Shown piece after piece: positions 13,315-25,200 of a stretch of DNA of 64,000 bases. A model generated the notes under the pieces. That model saw only the letters and a program-made list of their open reading frames with translations. It searched no databases and had not been told where the DNA came from. The stretch lies in NCBI GenBank assembly GCA_965153455.1, contig OZ234493.1, forward strand, positions 3,534,001-3,598,000, read 5' to 3'. Numbering within the stretch: position 1 is the first letter of the stretch; every line of letters begins with the position of its first letter. This DNA is from Sphagnum compactum (Eukaryota). The translations under genes were made by a program, and so were the position numbers.

Positions 13315-16300
13315 ATGGCAGCAGCAGAGAGGATTGTGGTTGCAATAGATGCGAGCAGGGAGATTACAAAGCATGCACTGGAGTGGGCTCTCACCAATGT
13401 TGCAGTCGAAGAAGCAGAGCATTATTGCATCACTCTCTTGGCCCTCCTCCCATCTGCAAACGCAGGTAGACATCTCTTGATCTACTGCAAACAATTTGCT
13501 CCAAATCCCTTGACATGGAACAACATCTGCAGCACATTTGTTCCAGTTTTTGTCATCTGTTTGGAATGGTGGCAGTTCGCAAAGTATGGGGGTTTGCAGT
13601 CCTCTTGAACAATTTCTCCACATCCCTTGACATGGAACAACATCATCTGCAGCGCATTTATTCCAGTTTGTTTCCTCTTCTGTTTGGAATGGATGGCGAC
13701 AGTTCGCAAAGTATGGGGGTTTGCACTCCTCTGGCCACTGTTGCTAGGTGGAGAGTCATGTGGACCTCGGATCATGGTGAGATCAGTGGCTGGTGGTGGT
13801 GGTAGCAGCAGCATGATGGGTTGTTCTCCTTGGGCGGCAACAACAACAACACAATCTGAGATCGAAGGCGACATCCAAAAGGCATGCTCCATCATGATGC
13901 AGGAGGAGGAACTGCACAAGCTCTGTGCTGAAAAGAAGGTTTCCAGCTGCAGCAGTAGCTTTATTATGTACATAATTCTGAGTTTTTGCATGACTTGATG
14001 CTGTCAAGTTCCATAAGAGTAGTAGTCAACGAATGAACCCCACCCTGGGTTTAGGTTTCTTGTTATCACTGAACTGTGGAATGGGGAATGTCTTGGAGAT
14101 CTGTAGATCGATATCCGGTTGAAAGTGGTGCAAGCAGCTGCAGGGAGACAAGCTGCAACAGCCTCAGAGGCAAAAAAACTTGGTGCAACTTGGGTTGTTC
14201 TTGATAGGTAAACTTTCTGTTTGCTCTCTCTCTCTCTCTCTCGCTATATGGAAATTACAATGTCTTGCACACACGCACACACACACACAGAAGCTTAAGC
14301 ATTCATGATAAAAGTGTGCAGTAGACAAGGTCCACTGGAATGATGATGACGAGAGTCCATGACGTCCATCTGCTTGACTTGCATGCAGGCATCTGAAGAG
14401 AGAGGCAAAGCATTGCAAAGAGCTTTTGCAATGCAACATTGTTCTTGTGAAGCCATCAGAACCAAAGATACTGCGGTTGAATCTCAGGTGCACGGGCTCA
14501 TCTGAATTGATGGCTCAAGAATCAGACACTCATCAGGCACCAGCATCCTCCTCCTCCTCCTCTGGAATACTACCACAAGGGTTGAATCACTCAAACTTCT
14601 TACCAAAGACGACCAGGAATGCAGTCTATTTGGAATCTGAGTACAGTTCTGCAGGCAGCGGAGCTCCTTCAAGTAGTCCTGATGAGATTGCAGGAGCATC
14701 TATTTTTACACCTTCTGATAATCAGGGAACATCATCTTCCAATACCAGTAATTCTGAGTCCAGCAACTCACCATTTTTTCCCTCTTTAGATCCACATCTG
14801 TACAAGCGCTTGGCCCATTGTAGCTCGGGATTGACTGTTGTTCGAGGAGCCATCTTGGAGGCTGCAGCAGCAGAGCTGATTGAGAAAGGTGGTAGCTACT
14901 ACACACCTTCTGATTCGGATAGTGATAATAATGTAAGGCTGGTGCCACCACTTGGTACAGGCCTGAGTCCTGCAAGTTTTGATCCTACCATAATCAACCC
15001 GATGTCATCTTCTTATTTTGATGGAAGTGTCATGTTATCGTCATCGGAGAATGCAAGAAGCAATCATCCAGGTTTGTTGTTGAAGCTTTTACCTCAAGAT
15101 CAATGATGTTTTTCTTACAATTGATGATTGAAGAAGAATGAATCTATGGGTTATTCCTTTTTTTTCTTTGTCTTGTGGGTGAGCAAATTGCAGTAGTGTA
15201 TAGGAAAGGAGGTCTATACACTTTAAGCAACAGCATTAGAGATTGGAACAGGGGACAGACACGGGATGGTGCCAGCACTGTCAAGACCTATGTCTAGATC
15301 GCTATCAAGAAAATCCTCCAGACGTGAGTCACCAGCAATGAGTTCTCAAAAAGCTTCACCAGAACAGTCGCTGGTGGGGGGTAGCCAGCATCTGTCATTC
15401 AAACGGCAGGCTTCTTCAAGGAGTCAAAGGGATGCAAGCTTGAGCCAGAGTTTCAGAGCAATGCTGCAATCCAATGGGGAGCTCTTCAGTTCACCACCAC
15501 CAGTTCGAGGATCTCTGTCAGAGCTGCTTCTCAATCCTGGACAAGGTACAACAACAGCCCAAGTTTTTTGTTTCTCCATCAAACACCATCTCCCTTCTTT
15601 TTTCTTTATAAATACAGTAGTAATGTAATCCTCAAGTGTAGTGAAGTCAATCTTGTTCTCAAAAAATAACTTTGTCGATCTGTCCACCAGACTCAGATCA
15701 AAGCACTGGATTTGCAAAGGATGGGCGATACATATACAGTCAAGGAGGAGGAGAGTACCAGGGAGATCAAGATCCAGATTTCCTGAGGATGAAGAGAGCT
15801 GATTTAGTTCGATCATCAAATATGAGAAGAGCAATTTTGTTATCTCAGAATGTTATGCCGGGTCCTCCACCTTTATGCTCCATATGCCAACATACTGCAC
15901 CAGTGTTTGGAAATCCCCCTCGTAGGTTTAGTTATGCAGAGCTGGAGCTTGCAACGGCAGGATTTTCACCAGCTAATTTCCTTGCTGAGGGTGGGTATGG
16001 GTCAGTTCATCGAGGGGTTCTACCTCATGGTCAGGCTGTGGCTGTGAAGCAGCATAAGTTGGCAAGCACACAGGGAGATAAAGAATTCTGTTCTGAGGTT
16101 GAAGTGCTGAGCTGTGCACAACATAGGAATGTTGTCATGCTTATTGGCTACTGTGTGGAGGGTAATGTGCACCGGCTACTTGTGTATGAATTCATTTGCA
16201 ATGGCTCATTGGATTCTCATCTCTATGGTAAGATTCTTATCCAACTTAAAACTGCTCAGCATTTTATAGACAGATGAACTTTCAACAATTCTTATGCAAG

Positions 16301-18242
16301 GAGTTTTGATCTTTTGTTCTTCTTTTGTTTTTAAGCTCTGGGTGATGTGAAGATGATTTCCAATGTTTCCTACCTCTTTCTTTTTTTTGGTAGCAGGTCT
16401 AAATTCAGCACCATTGCAGTGGCAGTCACGACAGAAGATAGCTATTGGTGCTGCACGGGGGTTGCGTTACCTCCATGAGGAATGTCGTGTTGGTTGTATT
16501 GTTCACCGTGACTTACGTCCCAACAACATTCTTTTGACCCATGACTTTGAGCCCTTGGTATAACACGTTTTTCCCACTCTGCTTGTCTTGCAACCCCTTG
16601 CTTGATTGTTGCAAAAAATTTGTATGGTTGTCTTAGGTAACAGCCCTAAAAAAAAGAACCCACTACCAGCTGTACATTCCAAAAACAATGAAACTTTGAT
16701 TGTTGTCACATCTGATCCTTCATGTTTAATCGTGCCATGGCATCTGCCCATTAATCCACCCAGTGCTTTGTGAACACATGACAGTTTTGAGCATGTTCTC
16801 ATCATCATCTGTTGGTGTTTTCTGTTCCAGGTCGGGGATTTTGGGCTTGCACGCTGGCAGCCAGATGGGGACTGTGGTGTGGACACTCAAGTAATTGGCA
16901 CCTTTGGGTGAGTTATTTCTCAATTTGCTGCTGATAATCAGCAATTTTTGGCTGGAATAATTAATTATTTTGAAAAAGAGGCCAAAATGAGGCTGTGTAG
17001 TTTGCAGCAATGCCATGGCAATCCAAAGGTAAGAGCTCTTCCCCTCCCTTGTTTGGAGAGTCCGAGCTCAAATCTCAGGATTCCAGCTTGGGATGGGGTA
17101 GATATATTTTTTCCACTCATCCGTTTTGGGGATTATTAAATGCTAGATATCAGCAGCAGGTGCAGCAGTCACCAAATTGGAAATTAAGAGCCTCATACCA
17201 ATGATCTGGAAGGACCATGCTCCTGAAATCTATGCGACTAGCTTTATTGGTTGATTCTGTGCCATGGTTTCCAAAGCTTTTATGGGAGCTCCTTATTAAC
17301 TGTGGATTACTGGGAACAGGTACTTGGCTCCAGAATACACTCAAAGTGGACAAATTACAGAAAAGGCAGATGTTTATTCATTTGGGGTGGTCCTTTTGGA
17401 GCTGGTGACAGGGCGCAAGGCAATTGACATTAACCGCCCTAAGGGAGAGCAATGTCTCACTGAATGGGTAAAGTCCCTTCTCTTCCCTCATCAAATAAAT
17501 TGAATGGAAAAGTGAATGGAAAAAACTGAGGCAAGTCTATCCTTTCTCAATTCACAAACTTCTGACAAATGTTTAGTTGAGCATTCCAATGTTAGAAAAA
17601 ATGTCAGTAAATGACATCTGGCTCTACAGGCAAGGCCTTTGCTGGAAGAAAATGGGATCCTGCCATTGGATCCACGGCTAGAAAACAGGTATTCCAAGTT
17701 TGAAGTTCATTCCATGCTCCATACTGCAGCTGCTTGTATTCGACGTGATCCTCAGCACCGGCCACGCATGTCACAGGTCAGTTTTTCGATGCAAGCTTCA
17801 TCGTTTGGTTGGGAACTAATAAGAGACCATCTTGTGTCCAATTGTAGACAATGCAAAAGTTAAAATTGTTGAATCTTTGGACTGTCAGGTACTAAGGATG
17901 CTAGAGGGTGAGATGTTTATTGATCCTCGTGTTGCCTCTCCATCATCTACTTCTGGAAGCAGCAGCCGATTTTTAAATGAACATCCATCTCTTTCCCGAA
18001 ATGCAAAGGTTTTGACAAATGTTGCCAAGGCTTCTAGTGATGATCAATCAAGTGGATCATCAGATCACTCATCTCCTGACATTGGTCATCTTCTTAGCTC
18101 CTCGCACACAACCTCAAGAACATCAAGCCCAAGCTCACTACTGTCAGGTGATACACTTACCCCAGAACCCAATGTTGATACCCCTAGTTCTAAGCTCAGC
18201 TTTGAGGCTTTAAAAGCAGCATACAAAGATAAAACAAACTAA
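13315..18242 (+). CDS. Receptor-like cytoplasmic protein kinase with N-terminal USP/adenine nucleotide alpha hydrolase-like domain (resembles the Arabidopsis AT3G13690/AT1G55200/AT5G56790 family); 968 aa
   Basis: Exons, all GT-AG: 13315-13465, 13703-13938, 14107-14207, 14389-15071, 15234-15545, 15691-16227, 16397-16557, 16831-16907, 17320-17467, 17630-17776, 17889-18242; total 2907 nt, in frame. USP-like motifs [38 protein letters not shown] and [18 protein letters not shown]. Kinase motifs [95 protein letters not shown] and [13 protein letters not shown]. An in-frame upstream ATG at 13126 is an alternative start. The exon 4-5 boundaries in the low-complexity linker are less certain. Confidence 0.92.
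13488..13732 (+). repeat. Tandem duplication (about 120-127 bp) spanning the 3' end of kinase intron 1 and the start of exon 2
   Basis: atcccttgacatggaacaacat...tgtttggaatgg...cag|ttcgcaaagtatgggggtttgca occurs twice, with acceptor AGs ending at 13575 and 13702. Confidence 0.9.
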
Positions 18243-20169
18243 ACCCATCTTTCAGCATTGGATGATACTAATACTGCAGGAGAGCACCTTTGACTTTAAT
18301 CTGGAAATTGTGTACAATACAGTTGGAAATTGAGTTATGTGAAGTGTTGTATGTATTGACAGTCTGAAAAAGTGCATGGAAGTCATGCCAATAAATGCAT
18401 GAGACTATACCCCAAGAAAAAGGACTTCATGAATACATTGTTGCTCCTTATGCTGATAGATAAATTGGGGATAAAGTCATGATGCTGTGTTGAAAGGGGA
18501 GGTGTACTAGCTCCACTTGTTAGCTAGCATAAATGTGTTTTAGTTTGGATTGTTTTGAATAGTTTTGTCATATCACTACAAATGATTTATGTAGGATTGT
18601 TTGAAGTGGTAGGAAAGGCCCTTGTGGCAGGGCATTACTATAATAAGGGGCCTACATGAGGCAGAGCTGAGCACGACCCTGGTTTAGGTAACGCCCTCCC
18701 CTGATGCATGTAAAGCTCAAGTGCTGTTTTTTTTTTTAAAAAGTTGTGATACCTCGCGGGTATCTGTTGGGTAGGAAGTTTTTTAAACACAAAAGGTTCA
18801 AACAAGGAGGGGAATTATTAGTCTTTGTAACATGCCCAATCACAACACTAGAAAAAATGGCAGCAAGGTTTTTTTTTTTTAAGTTGCATAAAATTGTCAA
18901 GTGTGTTTTGTAAGTTCATGAATCTTCAATTCTGATGTTTTTCAAAGTGATTTCAAACTCATGTCAATTTTAACACTAGGTCCAATTCCACCTACTCTAT
19001 AGACAATCTAATGTCTTCATTTGTGTCATGTTGTTAATTTACTGCTAATTAGAGGTCACCACATCACTACAAGGTACATTTTACATGTTACGTTTTCAAT
19101 TGGACCTTAATGTACTTCCAAGAGGTTTTGGTTAAAACAAGAGACAATTTGTGTGCTTTTGTTCTTGGTCTAGTTCTAGTGTTAACCTCATGAAAAGGGG
19201 TTTTGATTCCAATAGGAGATTGATCTTGCAAGTTCAATCATCCAAAATTGGTGGAAAAACTTTGAACCTACCAACAATATCATTTAGAAGGGTTGAAGAA
19301 TTAAATTGTCATTATATATTTGGTAAATATCCTACTTTCAAACAAGTGTGAACTACAATGAATGAACCCTAAAGGCATCATTCATTCATTATATAAATGT
19401 GTGAAAACAAAACAAAAACAAAACAAGTAGCTCATTGCGTAATGGTCTTGGCCTTTGTTATGTGTTAAAACAAAATCATCATAGATATTGAAATTGTTTG
19501 GCATGGTTAACTAATTTGAATGCAAAATGAATGGGTTTATGATATATCCCAAATCCTCAATTGTTCCTTATATGCATTATTTATATGAATTGTTTGACCT
19601 AATGTGATGAAATTGTGAGTTATATATATTGTTGTACTTTGTTGAAATTGTAAGTTTGATTTTCTATTGATAATCATAAATTGGAATAAATGGGTTGCTT
19701 TTAAAATGGTTTTTGTGGAAATCCACATTAAGATAATTTAGAATAATTGTGGGACAAATATTGAGGGAGTTTGATATTTTGTGAAGTGTGAACAAAAAGG
19801 TTGTTAAAGATAAAGATGGGGGGCTTGTAAACTACGATGATGTGAATTGCATGATGACTATTGGGTGTTAAACTTTGCAATTAATTTTTTTGATCTAGAG
19901 ATAGTTATGGACTCGCATGAATCAAATATAATATTTATATCATATAATAACGTTCCTTGGCCTCCATATAGGATTTCAATTGACATATATTTGAGGTAGT
20001 GATTTGAATATTGATGTGAAATATAATTTTCTTTTGTGACCCTTGTTTCATTTGGGCACAAAATATGAAATATTTGAAGATTATGATATTTTTCAATATT
20101 TCAAAATGAAATGACATAGACCTTTTGATTAAGGATTGAATTATGGTGTGTGTGTGTGTTTTTCTATAC

Positions 20170-23100
20170 AATTGTAAAGATGTTGCACAAGATTGCCATT
20201 GAGCTATTAATATTAAACGTTGCATTTATGAAAATGCATACATAAACTTTAAACTTTCCACCAATTAATGGTGCAAATAAATGTAAATTTTCTTTATTTT
20301 TTACATGAGATAATGTTATGTAAATAAGTCCATGACAATGTATTTCATTGGGATCAATTGCTACGCAATCAAGGGTCAAAATGAGCTCAAAGGTGTCAAG
20401 GCATTACCTACAAAAATGATAAAATGGTCCTTTTGCCCAAAAATCAATTTTCATATAATGGAATTTTCTTGCAACTTGCTAAATATGTTGACCGTTGGCC
20501 CGATATTTCACCACTGGTGTGTTTGCCATGATGAATATGTATTCATTTTTGAAAATGTGCTAGTTTCCCTATTTCATATGGAAAATGTTCAAAATTTCAA
20601 GTCATACTAAAATATGTTCATTACTTCATGGTTCAATCTATTGTAAATTTAAATTTTTTTTGGTGCATCATTTACATTGTACCAACTTTACATGTGGTAA
20701 AAGAGTACTCTTGAAATTTAGACATATTAAAAATTCAAATGCAATAATGGAAATTTTTAATTACACATTTTAAACATAATTAATATTAAATTTTAATATG
20801 ACTCATAATTTTCCTATCACACAATTTGTTTTTACTATCAAGAAGTTTTTATCAAGAAAATCAAAGGGCCTTTTACAAAATGGACATCATTTAACGCAAG
20901 AATTGGTCAATTTCAAAAGTCATTTACTACCAAAACATGAAAGTAGATTAAGTGAGTTTTTATTTTGAATGTTTTAACACTCAAGTTAGTCATTTATCAA
21001 AACTTGGAATGATTATCATAATTTTTAAATTTCAAAACATAAACATGTCCATTATAGTTTGTAATTTTCACTATGCTGTATTGCCTTATTTGGCTCTTAT
21101 AAACTCATTTTGGCCCCTTGAAAGCAATGAATTGCATGATTTGATTATTGGGCATGTGATTAGATGACTTGAATTAACACCCATTTGATTCTCTTTAAAA
21201 GTTAGTTGTATTGGTGTCCAATTTGATGATTTTAGTTGTGTATATAAGTGTTTAGGGTTTTAGGGTTGCAGTTGTTTAGGGTTTTAGGTTTATAGTTGTT
21301 TTAGAATCATTAAAAGCAATCCATATGAAGGATTCATTATCATACAATTTGGTGACACATTGAGAAACCTCGTCAATTCCATTGAATATTTCATCATGAA
21401 TGGCATAATTATGAACACATAATTCAACTAGCATTCCAAATTCTATTTTTGAATGTAATATAAAAAAAGTCCTTACGTTCTTCTATTGACTTATTTATAT
21501 AATACATGGGAGGGAAATTTAGTTCATTTGGAGGCTACAATTTTTTTTTGTATTTGGAATCAATTCATTTTCAAGCATCAAGGTGATGTATTAATTTTTT
21601 TGAAAATGATTGTGAAGCATGATGAAAGGGTAGAGATAAAATGACATAAACTATTAATTGGGAAAACATTTGTGTGTGCATTTAAATAATCATAACTTAA
21701 TTTTCTTATCATTAAATTTGCATCAATATTTTTATCTTCACAATTTTAATGATAGTCCAAACTTTGTTGGTAATATATATTTAAAAATTTGTGAGATATG
21801 ATGTGCAATAATTGGTTACTACCTATGGGTCATACATTGTATGTCAATGTTAAGTTCTGATGATAATGGCCCAACTTTTATCACATAAGAATTTGTTCTA
21901 ATGTCTTTCACATCTCTTTCTCCCCCCCTCCTCCCCAAAGGTGAGTTTTGTCAATTTATTACATAGTGAATCTACATTAGATGGGTAAGTCCAAATTCAC
22001 CATACCAAGAATATATTCAAACAAGTATTGGCTCCGATTTTCATATTGTTAACAATTTCAAAGACACTACTTGTAACATCAAATTCGTTTTTTAGTTTTG
22101 GAAGATGGTATAGCTTCATTTAATGACTCTTGTCTTTTAGTATAAGGCATATGTGGTAATATATAGTGCAATCTATATTTGTTCTTCCTACAAGTTCATC
22201 TATGTTTATGCAGTTGTGAATTTTGAAAATTTGAAGAAAATAATGAATTGTTCAACATTACAAATTTGTTAACAGATTGTTCACCGGTCTCATTATTATT
22301 TACACCATACAATGTTGCATCTTTTATGCATAATAAGCCATGATCATGTTCAATTATTTTATTGAAATTTTTTGTTAAGAATAAAAGCCATAAACCTTAT
22401 CAAATATGAAAGATGTTTTTTTCAAAAGGTTACAAAATGCAACCATACAATGGTCATAATAACATGCACACATAACTAGATCAAACCTCCCAAAATTTGC
22501 GATATGTTTAGATTTAAGAACATTTAAGATTTTAAGAATGTCCATTCATTTCTTAATTGACATGTGCAAGGTTAACATTAATGTAATCCACCTACTTTTT
22601 ACACTAATAAAAGTTAACTGGTGAACCCAATTGAACAAATCATGGCAATTGAATCCCTTTGAAGTTTCGCAAAATAATCAAGTGATGTTATCAACTACGT
22701 TAAATTATGATATCCTAAATTTGAACAATAGTTTGTCTAAATGGAACTTATTTATGAATTCTAGTTTCACTTTTAATATACAATAATGTAAGTTGCCTTT
22801 ATGTATTCTAATCCATAAGATAACTTTAACATGTTGTATGAGAACTTTGATGGCTTTGATTAATAAATTTGGAATGTGTTCAACAGAATGTTGAACTCTT
22901 AATTTTGTGATATCTTGAGATTGAAATCTAGTGTTTAAATGGAAATTTTCAAGGCATTCCAAAGAATATTTTGTTGCATTTTTTGTTTTTTTATCTTCAA
23001 AAAGTCTAAGTGGTTTATAATCCTGACTTGGGACTAATGTAATAATGTTTTCATCATTTATAATTTGCTCATGTAAGAAAATTTTGCACTAAATTTTTTA

Positions 23101-25200
23101 TAGTGATATTTTCAAATATTTTTTCATATTTATTTTAAAAAGCTTGTTCAATGTTTATTTCCATCTTGGGAAGGTTTTTAATGACTTATATTTTGTTGGT
23201 ATTTTGAAATGTTGAACATGTTTTCTTTCATAGGACATACTAATTTTTTTGCATGTAAGTTTTCATGAGGTCTTTCAAAGGTAATATCATTTGCTTAGAC
23301 CAATTTTTCTTGATAAAAAAGGTGGTCTACAATGTTTTAATTTCCATTTCAAGATAATATCAATTATAGATTCTTTTGCACACATCTAGCAAGTTGAAGG
23401 TTATGGAAATTATGAAATTCATAACAATTCATAAATCTACAAAGGAATGTGAAAAAACACAATTTATATAGCCATACATGCCATCTTAAGATTTCTTTTA
23501 ACTCATACAAGCTTCATACAAGATGAATGGATTCATTAAGATATTCTGTAGCATCAAATATTTAAGTTTTTCCTTAACAAAATTTGTACAAGTACAATAC
23601 AAACAATCTAGCTAATAAATCAAATTGTGTTGTTCTCAAAATGGGTATATATTTCGTTAAATGTTAAGCTCCTTTTTTCAAATAGAATGTAATTACTTGT
23701 GATTTAAATCATAACCTTTCAAAAGCAATATGATCATACAGTAGAGATCTTTTAATTTCTCTTTAAGTTCAATGGTATGCCTTGTTTCAAATTAGACAAT
23801 TTTGCATTCTTACTTGTGTATTAAAACTTTTTTGCCAACAATTTTCAACAAAAACTTCATTTTATCTTGGGACACAATTTATTTTAAACTAAATCATCCA
23901 CTTTTATATGCAAAATTTGTGATGTGTCATTTAACAACATTGTGCACTTTAGTGGTAATGAAAATGATCAATTGGGTATGTGATTCAATTCTTTTAATAA
24001 CATGATTATGTTGGCGTTTTTGTGCATTTAAGATTCAAGTGCACATTATCTTTATAAAAAACATATAAAAAAGCACTATATGGTTGTCATTATATTTAAG
24101 CTTACATTTGAAGTATGTTATTGGTTCACAACACTATTTGGACACCTCATGAAAACTGTGATATCTTTATTTTAATTCTTTGTCAATCATTAAATTATCT
24201 TGGATTACACCATTATTTGTGTTTAGGAAATCATTGTGTAGGAGTTATCAATTATATCTCACCATATCACAATTCAAATTGAGTTCATGGATTAAAACTT
24301 CACATTATCTTCACATTTTTGCATTTTGTTTAATGTAATTGATTGCCATTCACCACTTTGAGATTTTTGGGCCAATCTTATTTTCAAGTTTTGTTTTTGT
24401 TTTGATTTCTCATGTCGAATATATTTCATTATGTTTTTAGTGTTAAACATTGGAGTGCAAATTGTTGTTTTGAAAAAAAATTCAATTATTATTTTTAGAA
24501 ATTTTCCTTCATTCATATCCATTAGATTTTGTAACATGCCATGTGATATATGTAGTAGACATCTTTTTAAAACATTATCTATAGTTCAACAAATAAACCA
24601 TTTGTATCATCTTTTATTATAAAGATACACTGATTTGTTGAGGTTGCACAATGCCAAATATTACATCATCTTTTATTAAGGACCTAGTAATATTGTTTGT
24701 CAAATATGAATAATGTTTGAATTGAAAAGATTGCACTAGTTCAAAATGGTCATTCATACCTTCATGACATGTTAAAATTAACACTTAATTACTTGGATTA
24801 AGTTCTTTTCCCACATTCATGTATGGTATACCTATATGTTTTTATTGACCATGCTTTTGAAGGATATTTCATGAATTGAGGTAATCAAAAGAAGATAATA
24901 AATTAATTAGCATGTAAACTTTCATTGGTTGTACCATATTTCATTATGTGTAAGTAACTATTTACAAAATTAACACCATGCAACCTCATCATAATGTCAA
25001 GTTTGAATGCAAACCTAAACCAATGTTCAATTCTTGAATCATTTGTTGTAATTGAATAGAGTCTTATTCTCAAGGTTGTACTAGATATTCTATGATGTAA
25101 CATGGATCTTATAGAATCAACTAAAAACTCACCAATAATATGAATACTGAACAATTCATTTAAACCCAATAGTTGTCAAAACCTTAACTATGTTCATTGT
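20170..25200 (-). mobile_element. Decayed Helitron/Helentron RepHel coding remnant
   Basis: Minus-strand translation near 21860-21580 gives NIDIQ..DP*VVTNYCTSYLT, IRKLSYDYLNA and QLIVYVILSLPFHHAS, resembling the post-Rep motifs DIQFVLDPY..A.Y..SY..K and Q.AVY.VLSLPL. At 20379-20195 it gives TLDCVAIDPNEIHCHGLIYITLSHVKNKENL and MQRLILIAQW (Pif1 helicase motifs V/VI). Many stops and frameshifts. The boundary above about 22000 is a guess. Confidence 0.7.

Noticed and set aside
21250-21292. Telomere or interstitial telomeric array (TTTAGGG)
   Set aside because: Only about four degenerate units; such short tracts recur in the window.
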